Below, piece after piece: positions 28,542 to 37,871 of a stretch of DNA of 64,000 nucleotides. Position numbers and translations under genes: made by a program. The notes below the pieces were generated by a model that worked only from the letters and a program-made list of their open reading frames with translations, was not told the DNA's origin and did not search any database. Every line of letters starts with the position of its first letter. Position 1 is the first letter of the stretch. Origin of the DNA: a virus (lineage: Duplodnaviria; Caudoviricetes); IMG/VR virus record IMGVR_UViG_3300027754_000037. One strand, 5' to 3'.

Positions 28542-28672
28542 AAATAATCTGTGTCGATTTGTACAGAGTGGGTTTATTCACCCGAAAAAATAATTTTCTC
28601 GGTAATTTTGGTTTTTTAAATTTAGCCACAGGTTCCCCAGCAATATATGTTGGCACCTTGTGGCTTCTTTTT

Positions 28673-29515
28673 TTAATTCTGAAGGCCTTCATTTTTTTTC
28701 CTCATAAAAAGTCTGCCTTTGAATTTTCTTTGAACTTTGCTATGCAGATTTTTTGAAACTTGATCAAGAAATTTGATGACACCCTCTTTGCCACTTTTAG
28801 TAAAAACATTATTCAACACTTTATATTTATCGTTGAAATTATGACCTAAATTATCATGCCAGTCATTTGTCGAGAATATTTTTCCATATTTTACGATGAT
28901 ATCATCAATATTGTTTCTTCGGTTAGCCTCAGTCGCTGTCATGGGTTCGATGTCATACTGCACCTTTCGAGGCAATACTAGAATCTGAGCGTAGGGCTCG
29001 CCTTTTCTGAAAATATATGTTTGCCCCGGCATGGGATTTTTGAAAACTACAAAGAAAATTTTAGGCCACCATGCCGTTGCCAAATGACCGGGAATGCACA
29101 GCGGAGTGGTATGAGTTTCGTCGGTGTAATAGCGGGGATGTGGCTCCAATCTGAGTATGTGGCCTTCTGGGACCATTATATCAGCACAGGAACTCATGCC
29201 GAAATGCCCCGGAGCAAAGATCGAAAAAGGAGGTAGACTTATTTGTGGAACTATTTTGTGTTTTTCTTGGGAAAAATCTCCTATAAACTTAAGTTCTCCA
29301 TCGACATATTTAACATGGCATTCCGTATCGAAATTATAAACGAGTTCAAGTCCATAAGTGCTTGCTTCAACAAAAGGGGTGCAATGCCAAGCTTGTGGCA
29401 CATCTCCGTCTGTGTGTCTATTCTGTTCACCGGCCCAACCGGGGATTTGCAATCGAATTGGTCGAGGCGGTTCCCCTTGATACCAAGTTCTGTATTTGAT
29501 TGGTATTTTTTCCAC
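28673..29515 (-). CDS. Hypothetical protein, DUF6065-like (dUTPase-like fold) by recollection
   Basis: HCTPFVEASTYGLEL and PGHLATAWWP...FRKGEPYAQI motifs; SD GGAC. Confidence 0.4.
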   Translation of the reverse strand: MEKIPIKYRTWYQGEPPRPIRLQIPGWAGEQNRHTDGDVPQAWHCTPFVEASTYGLELVYNFDTECHVKYVDGELKFIGDFSQEKHKIVPQISLPPFSIFAPGHFGMSSCADIMVPEGHILRLEPHPRYYTDETHTTPLCIPGHLATAWWPKIFFVVFKNPMPGQTYIFRKGEPYAQILVLPRKVQYDIEPMTATEANRRNNIDDIIVKYGKIFSTNDWHDNLGHNFNDKYKVLNNVFTKSGKEGVIKFLDQVSKNLHSKVQRKFKGRLFMRKKNEGLQN

Positions 29516-29553
29516 AATTCAGTCCTTCATGAATACTTACTTGAGGAGTAAAA

Positions 29554-30549
29554 ATGAGTGCAGATTCGCCAAATCATCAACAAAGAGATTACATCCAATG
29601 TGATCCCAAGGCAAGCTTTCCTGATCCGAATCTCGATTCGGCTCCACCTTACTGCGATCCTGACGGACCTCCGCTCGACAATTTAAGAACAGTAAATGAC
29701 AAAAGCTACAACTGGCTTCGTGACCAAACCATGAAAAAAACTGGTTTTGGTGCAAAAGTTGATTGTGATCCGATGCAGCGTGGACAGATAGTCAATGATT
29801 TGGAAAATCCCGACAGAGCAGTTTTATACCGATATTCCAAGTCCATTCGTGGCTGTGATGAGGCCATGCTTGATATGTTCAGAAATGTTGTTGTGATTGA
29901 TGAGGACGGCAAAGCTTGGCCCATTCCGGTTATGCTTGGACCTCCAGAAAAAGCCGTGGCTGCTATCATTCAGGACAATGTAAGAAAAGACGAAACTTTG
30001 GTCGTTGATAGACTGAAGCTTCCTTTAATGGCGTTGGCGCAAACGAATATAGAATATGATTTGAATCGTTACACATATCACAAAGCTTTGAATTATTACA
30101 CAAACTTATCAGACGGAAAACCCAGCTTCACGGTTTCGGAAAAATACAACAGAGATACGATCTTTGGAATGGCTCGTGGCGTGCCTATAAACATAGGTTA
30201 CACGCTTACTGCGTGGACAATGTATCGTGAAGATATGAACCAAATTTTGGAACAAATTTTAACAAAATTCAGCCAACTAGCCTATATAAGGGTGACAGGC
30301 GTACCTTGGGAAACAATTGTTAAGCTAGACTCTCTTGCGAACAACCTGAATGCGGAACCGGGCGATCAAGCAATAAGAGTGATTAAATACGAATTTAATC
30401 TAACTGCTCAAACATATATACCGCAGCCCATTGAGCGCAAGAAAGCGGTGCTGAAAGTGAAGCTGGACTTCGTGGACGGCATAAGAGATGAACAAATTAC
30501 TGAAGTGTTGTCAAGAATTGAAGACACAGTAAAGGAACTGGAATGTTAG
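29554..30549 (+). CDS. Tail terminator / sheath stabiliser, T4 gp15-like
   Basis: IPVMLGPPEK, LKLPLMAL, VPINIGYTLTAWT...DMNQILEQILTKF; immediately upstream of the sheath gene. Confidence 0.8.
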   Translation: MSADSPNHQQRDYIQCDPKASFPDPNLDSAPPYCDPDGPPLDNLRTVNDKSYNWLRDQTMKKTGFGAKVDCDPMQRGQIVNDLENPDRAVLYRYSKSIRGCDEAMLDMFRNVVVIDEDGKAWPIPVMLGPPEKAVAAIIQDNVRKDETLVVDRLKLPLMALAQTNIEYDLNRYTYHKALNYYTNLSDGKPSFTVSEKYNRDTIFGMARGVPINIGYTLTAWTMYREDMNQILEQILTKFSQLAYIRVTGVPWETIVKLDSLANNLNAEPGDQAIRVIKYEFNLTAQTYIPQPIERKKAVLKVKLDFVDGIRDEQITEVLSRIEDTVKELEC

Positions 30550-30764
30550 AGATCGTTAATAAGCAAAAACATCCTGTACAATTGATTATCAGGTCGAGGA
30601 GGGCCACCCGATCTTTTACGACCCTAAATCTTCCGGGGATAGGGTCAGGAAAAAATGTTTATCTTTTAGAAGATGAAAGAAAAACTGAATACATAGATAG
30701 AGCAGTTAAAGATGGATTGATTTCCATGAAACATACATCAAACAAGTTACGAAAGGGAGAATAA
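30543..30764 (+). CDS. Small hypothetical protein (tail module)
   Basis: 73 aa overlapping the gp15-like stop; ends just before the sheath SD. Confidence 0.7.
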   Translation: MLEIVNKQKHPVQLIIRSRRATRSFTTLNLPGIGSGKNVYLLEDERKTEYIDRAVKDGLISMKHTSNKLRKGE

Positions 30765-30768
30765 GACT

Positions 30769-33132
30769 ATGGCGCTTCTAAAAGGCTTCCCGCCTTCTAA
30801 CACAATTAGTCCAAGTGTTAGGATTACTGAAAAAGACCTGAGCTTTATTGCTCCTGAGCAGTCTAATCATGTTGCAGGACTTATTGGCTTCGCATCCAAG
30901 GGACCAGTCAATCTTCCTACCTTGATTAGCACCAGCCGTCAATTGCACACGGTTTTTGGCAATCCACACCCCGACACGAGCGATCCATTCCTTATCTACG
31001 CTGCCGATCAATACCTTCTGGTCGCAAACCAGTTGTATGTCGTGCGTGTTGCAGACACGGATACAGTCAGCGACGAGCAAGCTTTAGTAGCAACTGTCGA
31101 TGTGCCCGCTGCTGGTACTGTTGCCGAACTCGAGTCTGACACGGCTGGCCCTTACACCTTTGATGAGGATTCCTTCTTTAGGTGGAAACTCAACGGTGTA
31201 TTGTCTACAAAAACTCTCGTAGTTCTAGCAGGAACTTACACCACCGAAGAAGTCGAGATTGCCCTGAACGAGCAACTTGATCTGATCAATGATGGCATTG
31301 AGTTCTTTGTAAGCGGAACAGACACATTGGGTGTCAGAAGTTTGTGGGCATATGGCCCTTTCGCCTCTTTGGAACTTGTTTCCATCCAGAACGCCATTTA
31401 TGGCGGTGAAGTTGACGATAGCGTTGACTTGACCGATGGCGACATCCGCAATAATCCGACTGGATTGGGTACTGCAATGACGAGAGCTATGACCACCACG
31501 GGAACAGCTTTGTCTTTTGATTTGATCATATCGGACTCTCCAACTATTGATTTGGTTCTGGACGGAACCGACAATATCTTGATTGACCAAGTAGTCCAGT
31601 CTTTAGAATTGACCAACGACACCTACACCACCATTGACGACCTTGTCACTATGATTAACGGTCTTTTGGTCAGCGAAGGTGGCGATCTGATTGGTGGATG
31701 GCACGCTGTTGCGGTTGGCGACAACCTACGCTTTGTGACGGATCATCATGGCAAAGATGCCAGAATCAGAGTAAAGCCCAGCAGCACAGCAATCACCAGT
31801 TTGAGCAATCCATTTGATTTTGATACTCTGACTCACAGCGGAACCAGTCCTTCTGGCGCTGCCGATGATGTTGCTGGAACCAGCAGCTTCGGAGTCGTGT
31901 ATGGAGCAAATAATACAAGTGGCGATGTTAGCTTCACCCTGTCTGCTGACTCTCCCGGTATTGATGGCAACTACACCAAGGTTAAGATTAGCACCAGCAG
32001 CTACGACCAGACCTTCATTTTCGAGGTTTATAATAACGATGTGCAAGTTGAGTCTTGGGGTCGTCTGACCAAGGACACAGCAAGCCGATTTTATCTTGAG
32101 ACCTACATGGCTCTGGTTTCGGATTACATCCGTGTTCTTGACAACACGGCGATCCTAGCAGGTCCCCTGAACGGCGAATACGACCTGACAGGTGGATCAG
32201 ACGGTATCCCTTCTGATCCTGACGGTCAAGATGTTCTGCTCGCAGGAAGTCCTTTGGCATACACCGGCATCTACTGTCTCAGCGAGCCTGAGCAAGTTGA
32301 TATTGATCTCATCGCAATTCCCGGCCACTCCAGCACCGCAATCGTGCAGGAACTCTTGGCCTTCTGCCGTGATACTCGCCAAGACTGCTTGGCAATCATT
32401 GACTCTCCTTTCGGCCTGACCGTAAAAGAAGTTGTCGCATGGCAAAATGGTACACATCCTCTGAACACCACCAAATTCGACAGCGATTTCGGCGCTCTGT
32501 TCTGGCCTTGGGTCAAACTGTATGACCCATACAACAAGGTTGATGTGTGGTGTCCTCCCAGCGGTTCGGTGCTCGCAACCATCGCTCGTAGCGACTTCTT
32601 GAGCGCACCTTGGTTCGCACCCGCTGGTTTGAACCGTGGCGTTGTGCCCAACATCACAGATGTCTACAGCCGTCCTACTTTGCAAGAGCGGGACTTGATG
32701 TATGGCAATCGCAACTGCGTCAACCCGATTGTGAACTTTGTGGATGTCGGTGGCTTTGTGATCTTCGGCCAGAAGACCTTGCAGAGAACGCCTACGGCTC
32801 TGGACCGCATTAATGTTCGTCGTCTGATGTTCTACATCGAGAAGAGAATTCGCAAGGCCAGCCGTGGCTTGCTGTTCAATCCTAACGACGATATTTTCCG
32901 CAACAGGTTCGTGAGCATTGCTACTCAAATTCTCAATGAAGTAAAGATTGGTCGTGGCTTGACTGATTTCATAATCAAGGCAGACACAGAGCTCAATACT
33001 CCCGATGTGATTGATCGCAACGAGTTCCGTGCTCGTATCGGCGTGCAACCCACAAGGGCAGCGGAATTTATGTTCATCGAGTTCTCGATTCACAGAACGG
33101 GAAGCTTCGCTGAAGACGCAGCTACTTTCTAA
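30769..33132 (+). CDS. Contractile tail sheath protein (gp18-like)
   Basis: SPSVRITEKDLS, GPVNLP..I, PPSG...PWFAPAGLNRG, GQKTLQ...ALDRINVRRL, EFMFIEF. Confidence 0.97.
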   Translation: MALLKGFPPSNTISPSVRITEKDLSFIAPEQSNHVAGLIGFASKGPVNLPTLISTSRQLHTVFGNPHPDTSDPFLIYAADQYLLVANQLYVVRVADTDTVSDEQALVATVDVPAAGTVAELESDTAGPYTFDEDSFFRWKLNGVLSTKTLVVLAGTYTTEEVEIALNEQLDLINDGIEFFVSGTDTLGVRSLWAYGPFASLELVSIQNAIYGGEVDDSVDLTDGDIRNNPTGLGTAMTRAMTTTGTALSFDLIISDSPTIDLVLDGTDNILIDQVVQSLELTNDTYTTIDDLVTMINGLLVSEGGDLIGGWHAVAVGDNLRFVTDHHGKDARIRVKPSSTAITSLSNPFDFDTLTHSGTSPSGAADDVAGTSSFGVVYGANNTSGDVSFTLSADSPGIDGNYTKVKISTSSYDQTFIFEVYNNDVQVESWGRLTKDTASRFYLETYMALVSDYIRVLDNTAILAGPLNGEYDLTGGSDGIPSDPDGQDVLLAGSPLAYTGIYCLSEPEQVDIDLIAIPGHSSTAIVQELLAFCRDTRQDCLAIIDSPFGLTVKEVVAWQNGTHPLNTTKFDSDFGALFWPWVKLYDPYNKVDVWCPPSGSVLATIARSDFLSAPWFAPAGLNRGVVPNITDVYSRPTLQERDLMYGNRNCVNPIVNFVDVGGFVIFGQKTLQRTPTALDRINVRRLMFYIEKRIRKASRGLLFNPNDDIFRNRFVSIATQILNEVKIGRGLTDFIIKADTELNTPDVIDRNEFRARIGVQPTRAAEFMFIEFSIHRTGSFAEDAATF

Positions 33133-33163
33133 TTTAGATTAACGATAAAGGAGATTTTGAATC

Positions 33164-33802
33164 ATGGCACTAGAAAACAATCAACCAATGGGCATGGGTC
33201 AACTAGGTGGCTCAGGTCTTATCTTCAAAAGGAAGTACCGCTGGACATTCAAGGTGGACTGTAGCTGCGGTTTTGGCGAAATCCCCGAGTATTTCGTCAA
33301 GCTGGCTTCTCGCCCTAACTTGACGATTGAAGAGCAGGAAATCAACTACTTGCATGGCAAGATGTGGATTCCCGGCAAGGGCTCGTGGGAAACCATCACC
33401 GTAACCTATTACGACATCGCTGGACCCGACGCTGTTCAAGGCATGACCACGCTGTTTAGCTGGTTGGCAACGGTGTATGACTTCACCGATCCTGTCGGTC
33501 TCAAGCAGTCTTCCATCCGTGGTATTCCCGGTGGTGGCAATATTAACGCAAACGCCGCAACCCCCAACAATCGTGCTGGTGGCTACTCCGCAAGAGGAAC
33601 CCTGCAACTGTTTGACGGTTGCGGACAACCTGTGGAAAGGTGGACTCTGGACAACATGTGGCCTCAAGCTGTTAACTTTGGCGAGCTCGATTATTCAAGC
33701 TCTGAAGAAGTTACCCTTGAATTGACTCTACGCTATAGCGAAGTCAAGTACGAACCCCTCTGTGGTGGTTCGGTCAAGCCCTGCTGCGTTGGATGCGGTT
33801 AA
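33164..33802 (+). CDS. Tail tube protein 1 (gp19-like, probably major)
   Basis: Directly after the sheath; RPNLTIEE, GKGSWETITVTYYD, WPQAVNFGELDYSSSE. Confidence 0.9.
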   Translation: MALENNQPMGMGQLGGSGLIFKRKYRWTFKVDCSCGFGEIPEYFVKLASRPNLTIEEQEINYLHGKMWIPGKGSWETITVTYYDIAGPDAVQGMTTLFSWLATVYDFTDPVGLKQSSIRGIPGGGNINANAATPNNRAGGYSARGTLQLFDGCGQPVERWTLDNMWPQAVNFGELDYSSSEEVTLELTLRYSEVKYEPLCGGSVKPCCVGCG

Positions 33803-33818
33803 TATTTATTTAAAAATT

Positions 33819-33860
33819 AAACGGGCCTTGTATATTAGAATATACAAGGTCCGTTTTTTT
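33819..33860 (+). terminator. Long stem-loop terminator between the two tube genes
   Basis: aaacgggccttgtatatt-ag-aatatacaaggtccgttt plus T run. Confidence 0.8.
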
Positions 33861-33876
33861 ATGAAAGGATAACGGC

Positions 33877-34419
33877 ATGGCAGAAAATATGGGTTTTGGA
33901 TTTGGACTTAATGGTCCGAATACCATCTATAAAAGAAAGCATCGTTGGCTTTTAAAAATTCCAGATGTTTCCGCTGAAGGAATTGACACCTTACCTCCGC
34001 AAAAGAGTGCAAGGCCATCCTTATCTTTCAAGGAAATTGAAGCTCAACATCTTACTGAAACAGTCTATTTCCCCGGTAAACCAGACTGGAAGCCTATTCC
34101 TCTTACCTTATATGAATTAAAAAAACCAAACAGACATCCTGTTTGGGATTGGTTATCCAATCCCAAATACGGCTGGACTTATGCTCCAGACAGAAAAAGT
34201 GAATTTCAGCCATCTTGCGATGGATTCAAAAAACAAAAAGCCCGTCTTGAAATGTATGACGGTTTTGGAGACACCATCGAAACATGGATTTTTGAGTCTG
34301 TTTGGTTTAACGATATTCAGTTCGGCGACCTTGATATGACAGATAGTGGTATCGTTATGTGCGAACTTACTCTTCGTTACGACAGAGCGTACTGGCAACA
34401 AGGTTGTATACGAAAATAA
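33877..34419 (+). CDS. Tail tube protein 2 (gp19-like paralog)
   Basis: RPSLSFKE, PGKPDWKPIPLTLYE, IQFGDLDM...CELTLRYDRA. Confidence 0.85.
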   Translation: MAENMGFGFGLNGPNTIYKRKHRWLLKIPDVSAEGIDTLPPQKSARPSLSFKEIEAQHLTETVYFPGKPDWKPIPLTLYELKKPNRHPVWDWLSNPKYGWTYAPDRKSEFQPSCDGFKKQKARLEMYDGFGDTIETWIFESVWFNDIQFGDLDMTDSGIVMCELTLRYDRAYWQQGCIRK

Positions 34420-34677
34420 TTATTCTTCCGTGCCCTCAACATGTAACTCGTTTCTCAATAACTCTTGACAAGCTTTAATATGATCTTCGAGGTCTTTAGG
34501 TTTGCATTTGAGAACACGACAGGCTCCGCTTTTGTTCAATCTCCCCTTCTTGGTATAAACTTTAGCATCATTTAACAAAAAGGCATCAACAAGTTTTCCG
34601 TAACCGCTGTCGATAAGTTTCTGAATCAGTTCTTGATTTTCAATTTGCTCAAATGAGCTTTTTGCTTGTTTGGTCAT
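34420..34677 (-). CDS. Hypothetical protein, possible HTH
   Basis: ATG 34677; NKSGACRVLKCKPKDL. Confidence 0.65.
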   Translation of the reverse strand: MTKQAKSSFEQIENQELIQKLIDSGYGKLVDAFLLNDAKVYTKKGRLNKSGACRVLKCKPKDLEDHIKACQELLRNELHVEGTEE

Positions 34678-34697
34678 ATTTCCGCCATAAATAAAAA

Positions 34698-34722
34698 GCC
34701 AAAGTAAGTTATCTACTTTGGC
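34698..34722 (-). terminator. Hairpin plus U tract (terminator/attenuator)
   Basis: gccaaagta-7 nt-tactttggc perfect 9-bp stem followed by TTTTTATTT on the minus strand. Confidence 0.6.
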
Positions 34723-34732
34723 TAGTGAATCT

Positions 34733-34761
34733 ATTATACCCGATAATGTCTCTAATATCAA
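34733..34761 (-). promoter_or_regulatory. Sigma70-type promoter
   Basis: TTGATA-17 nt-TATAAT read on the minus strand (34761-34756 and 34738-34733). Confidence 0.55.
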
Positions 34762-35306
34762 GGATCGCTAACTATATTATGTCTTTTGTAAAGATTTTTA
34801 GTTTTTATAGCTGGTAATTTTTGATCCATTTGTATTTGCACAAAGTCAAGATATTTTCTTTTTAATTCGTTATAATTGCGAGCAGTTCGATAAAGTTGTC
34901 TAAAATGGTTCAGAATACAAGTTGTCATATAATTGAAAGCTTTGCCTTTTTTAGGATCAAAGCGATCAATTTTTTCAAAGCAGATCATGACACCCTCTTG
35001 AATGGCATCGTCTTGATCAATTAAATTAAACTTAGCATATCGAACGATGTTTTGGGACAGGGTATAAAAAGCAAGCGCAAGCTCATCTTGAACCCCGTGA
35101 TAATTGCTAGATATGAGTCTAAAATCCTGTTCAACAACAATCCAAGCCGAGGGTTTTTGGTATTTTCCTCGTTTCATGGTCCTTTGCTGAGTTCCAATGA
35201 TATCATCCATGAGGAGTTGACATTTGATTCTTTCTTTCTTGGTTTTCTGGAATTTCACTATCAAAGCTTCAAATGTTCTGTTGTTTAAATATTCTGTCGC
35301 CATCAA
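34758..35306 (-). CDS. Late-transcription sigma factor, T4 gp55-like
   Basis: YLNN, DDAIQEGVMICFEKIDRFDPKKG-KAFNYMTTCILNHFRQ (sigma region 2). Confidence 0.85.
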   Translation of the reverse strand: MMATEYLNNRTFEALIVKFQKTKKERIKCQLLMDDIIGTQQRTMKRGKYQKPSAWIVVEQDFRLISSNYHGVQDELALAFYTLSQNIVRYAKFNLIDQDDAIQEGVMICFEKIDRFDPKKGKAFNYMTTCILNHFRQLYRTARNYNELKRKYLDFVQIQMDQKLPAIKTKNLYKRHNIVSDP

Positions 35307-35339
35307 ACTCCTTGGGGGTAACGGTATCAGCGAAACTAT

Positions 35340-35540
35340 ATGTATATCATGGAACTAATGCAAATTTTAGCAAACATTTTGGAAAAACCTGAAGTTCCTA
35401 GATTTTATCGTGAGCTACAATCATATTGCAACAATAACAATATGACAGAAGAATCTCAAGCTATAGCTTTCTTAATAGAGAAAAAATTCGAGAAAAAAAA
35501 TGAAGTCCCCGCTGACAATCAGCATATTGGTGAAAAATAA
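35340..35540 (+). CDS. Small hypothetical protein
   Basis: 66 aa overlapping the GT2 start. Confidence 0.55.
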   Translation: MYIMELMQILANILEKPEVPRFYRELQSYCNNNNMTEESQAIAFLIEKKFEKKNEVPADNQHIGEK

Positions 35541-36459
35541 CGCAGACACTATTCAAAGTTGTCTTGATTCTATAGCTTTTTTAAATTGCACAATTCAAAT
35601 AGGTGATTTAGGATGCACCGATGAAACAATCAACAAATCTCTGATTCACAAGCCAGAAATAATCAGACTATCCTGCAACGATGATCTTTCGGCAGCAAGA
35701 AATGAACTTATTTCCAGATGTAAAACTGAATGGCTTTTCATTCTGAATCCTTATGAAACGCTTTTATCGGGCGCTGATATTTTTTTGAATTGCATTTCTG
35801 GTCCATCAGAAATTTATAAAGTCTGCGTTTTGCAAAATGATTTGATCACCAAGGAAACCAGACTTTGGCATAAAAATAAAAACTTGCAATTCAAAAACCC
35901 CATATACGAAACAGTTGGCAGTAAAGGGAATCAAACACAAATTTTCTTGAATTCAGCAAATAAAAAAAACAAGATTGATGCTTTGCAAATTTGTAAAAAA
36001 TGGATGATCAAAAGCCCTATAAGTCCTGATCCTTTGTACTATATGGCCTGTGCCTGTCTGACAAAACAAAATTGGGACTCATTTTTGAATTATGCAGAAC
36101 AATATTTGCATCAAGAAACAAAAATGGAAATGTCTTTTTACATGACTCATTACTATTTGGCGTTGGTTAATTGCTATGTGAAAAAGGATTACACAAAAGC
36201 CTTGCAATCTGTTTTTTTATGTATTGCAAAAAAACCAATCATGGCAGAATTTTGGTGCCTTCTAGGAGATGTGTATTATGCTCTGAATGATTATGAAAAA
36301 GCTTTTCAATTTTTTCAAAATGGATTAATTATTGGGAAAAAAAGAAGAATGGATTGTGAGTGGTTTATGGAAATTTCAAAATACGAAGAGTATCCAAAAA
36401 AAATGATGGAGGCTTGCGCTTCCATCAAAAAACAAACATCTTTGTATGTGTCTCAGTAA
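35500..36459 (+). CDS. GT2-like glycosyltransferase domain + TPR, degenerate DxD
   Basis: ISILVKNNADTIQSCLDSI, DLGCTDET, DLSAARN, EWLFILNPYE (normally LDADE); C-terminal TPRs. Confidence 0.75.
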   Translation: MKSPLTISILVKNNADTIQSCLDSIAFLNCTIQIGDLGCTDETINKSLIHKPEIIRLSCNDDLSAARNELISRCKTEWLFILNPYETLLSGADIFLNCISGPSEIYKVCVLQNDLITKETRLWHKNKNLQFKNPIYETVGSKGNQTQIFLNSANKKNKIDALQICKKWMIKSPISPDPLYYMACACLTKQNWDSFLNYAEQYLHQETKMEMSFYMTHYYLALVNCYVKKDYTKALQSVFLCIAKKPIMAEFWCLLGDVYYALNDYEKAFQFFQNGLIIGKKRRMDCEWFMEISKYEEYPKKMMEACASIKKQTSLYVSQ

Positions 36460-36833
36460 ATAATATCCAATTCATTTACAATCACGGTGACCACATCTTC
36501 ATAACGAGACATTGCGATTTGTTTTCTTCCGGGTGCAAGCTTTCTGAGTTTTGCTTCTAATTCATCGATTTTGCAATTGATTACTGTCCAGTTGTTGTCT
36601 GCTAATTTTTTGATTTCTTCATCAAGTTGAGATACGGGCCTGCCGGGATAATACTGTTGGATTTGCTGTTTCGCCTCGTTCATGACCTTCTTGTAGATGG
36701 GCATATTGCAGGCACAGCCCGGATTGTTCAAAAATTTATTGATATCCTCTTTGAAATTTTCAGGCAAACTGTCCCTGAATCTTTTATCTCTCAGAGCTTG
36801 TTTCACATCCATCAAGGTAATGGGTCTACTCAT
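36453..36833 (-). CDS. Hypothetical protein
   Basis: 126 aa with NPGCACN. Confidence 0.7.
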   Translation of the reverse strand: MSRPITLMDVKQALRDKRFRDSLPENFKEDINKFLNNPGCACNMPIYKKVMNEAKQQIQQYYPGRPVSQLDEEIKKLADNNWTVINCKIDELEAKLRKLAPGRKQIAMSRYEDVVTVIVNELDIIY

Positions 36834-37086
36834 TTGTCTCCTCTACTCTTTGATCTGGATCAAAGGCACGAACCATATAACCACACTTGGGGCATTTGAA
36901 ATACTTTTGTCTTTTTAAATCTGGTGGAACTACTGCTTTATTGGTCAATGGATCAAACTTTGGAGAGGCACGGGGAATATCGCTCCTTTTTACTGGAACC
37001 AAGTCACCCAAGTCATATCCGTCAGTAAATCGTTTGTAATCGCATTGATTACAATGCATTACAAAAATCTTTTTGTCAGGATTCAT
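36826..37086 (-). CDS. Zinc-ribbon protein
   Basis: CNQC...CPKCG; likely start at ATG 37086. Confidence 0.65.
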   Translation of the reverse strand: MNPDKKIFVMHCNQCDYKRFTDGYDLGDLVPVKRSDIPRASPKFDPLTNKAVVPPDLKRQKYFKCPKCGYMVRAFDPDQRVEETNE

Positions 37087-37453
37087 TGGTTTGATTTTGA
37101 TTTTGATTGCTGGGGGTGGTATCCATCGGGAAATTAAGCACAGTTTGCGCCTCAATCCAATTCAAGACAACAGCAGCAAAGTTTGCGATAAATCCTCCTG
37201 CACATCCACAAGCGAAAATCTCAAATGGGTTTTGACTCAACCAAACCCATCCCATGAAAAAACCGCACCAAGTGCCAGAACACATATAACAGTCTACAAC
37301 ACCTCCCAATTTAGGCACCTTGACTGCCGTGGCGCATCTTTTCACCAAGTCTCGAAACCATTGAAGAATAGTTCCATCAACAACGATATGGCTCATGCCA
37401 ACTGTGCTCAACACATACAACAAAAATGCAACTACCATAACGATCATCTCCAA
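37076..37453 (-). CDS. Membrane protein, DUF1360-like
   Basis: Hydrophobic segments flanking CYMCSGTW. Confidence 0.6.
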   Translation of the reverse strand: MEMIVMVVAFLLYVLSTVGMSHIVVDGTILQWFRDLVKRCATAVKVPKLGGVVDCYMCSGTWCGFFMGWVWLSQNPFEIFACGCAGGFIANFAAVVLNWIEAQTVLNFPMDTTPSNQNQNQTNES

Positions 37454-37803
37454 AAGGTTACTTTTATTTCTTCGCCTTTTCTATAAAGGCAGAAGTCTTT
37501 ATACTCTGAAAATTCGCAAAGCCGCTCTTCATCAGTCTCATTAAAATCATAATGATCAACAAGTTTGTGATTCAACTTGTTTATTTCAATATCTTCTTTC
37601 AAAAAATTACGAATTCTATCGATATGTTCTGATTGCAGGATGTTTAGTAGGTCTGCGATGCTTTTTTTCCCAAGCATTTGCAGACCGGGAATCCTATAGG
37701 ACATTTCCCATTGGTCAAAAATATATTTTAATTCCGGCAGCAATGCACGGATTTCTTTGTTCATAAAAATTTTTTGTTCAATATTTTTTAGATTTATTTC
37801 CAT
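37444..37803 (-). CDS. Hypothetical protein
   Basis: 119 aa, overlaps the next gene. Confidence 0.7.
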   Translation of the reverse strand: MEINLKNIEQKIFMNKEIRALLPELKYIFDQWEMSYRIPGLQMLGKKSIADLLNILQSEHIDRIRNFLKEDIEINKLNHKLVDHYDFNETDEERLCEFSEYKDFCLYRKGEEIKVTFWR

Positions 37804-37871
37804 GATACTATGAATAATTTAACCGCAGAAGGACACTTAGAATTAAGTGAGTATCCCAAGGAGATAAAAAA

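Noticed and set aside
32197-33093. 298-aa antisense ORF inside the tail sheath gene; similar ORFs antisense to the AAA ATPase, SbcC and the helicase
   Set aside because: Expected from codon bias of the sense gene; no SD or motifs.
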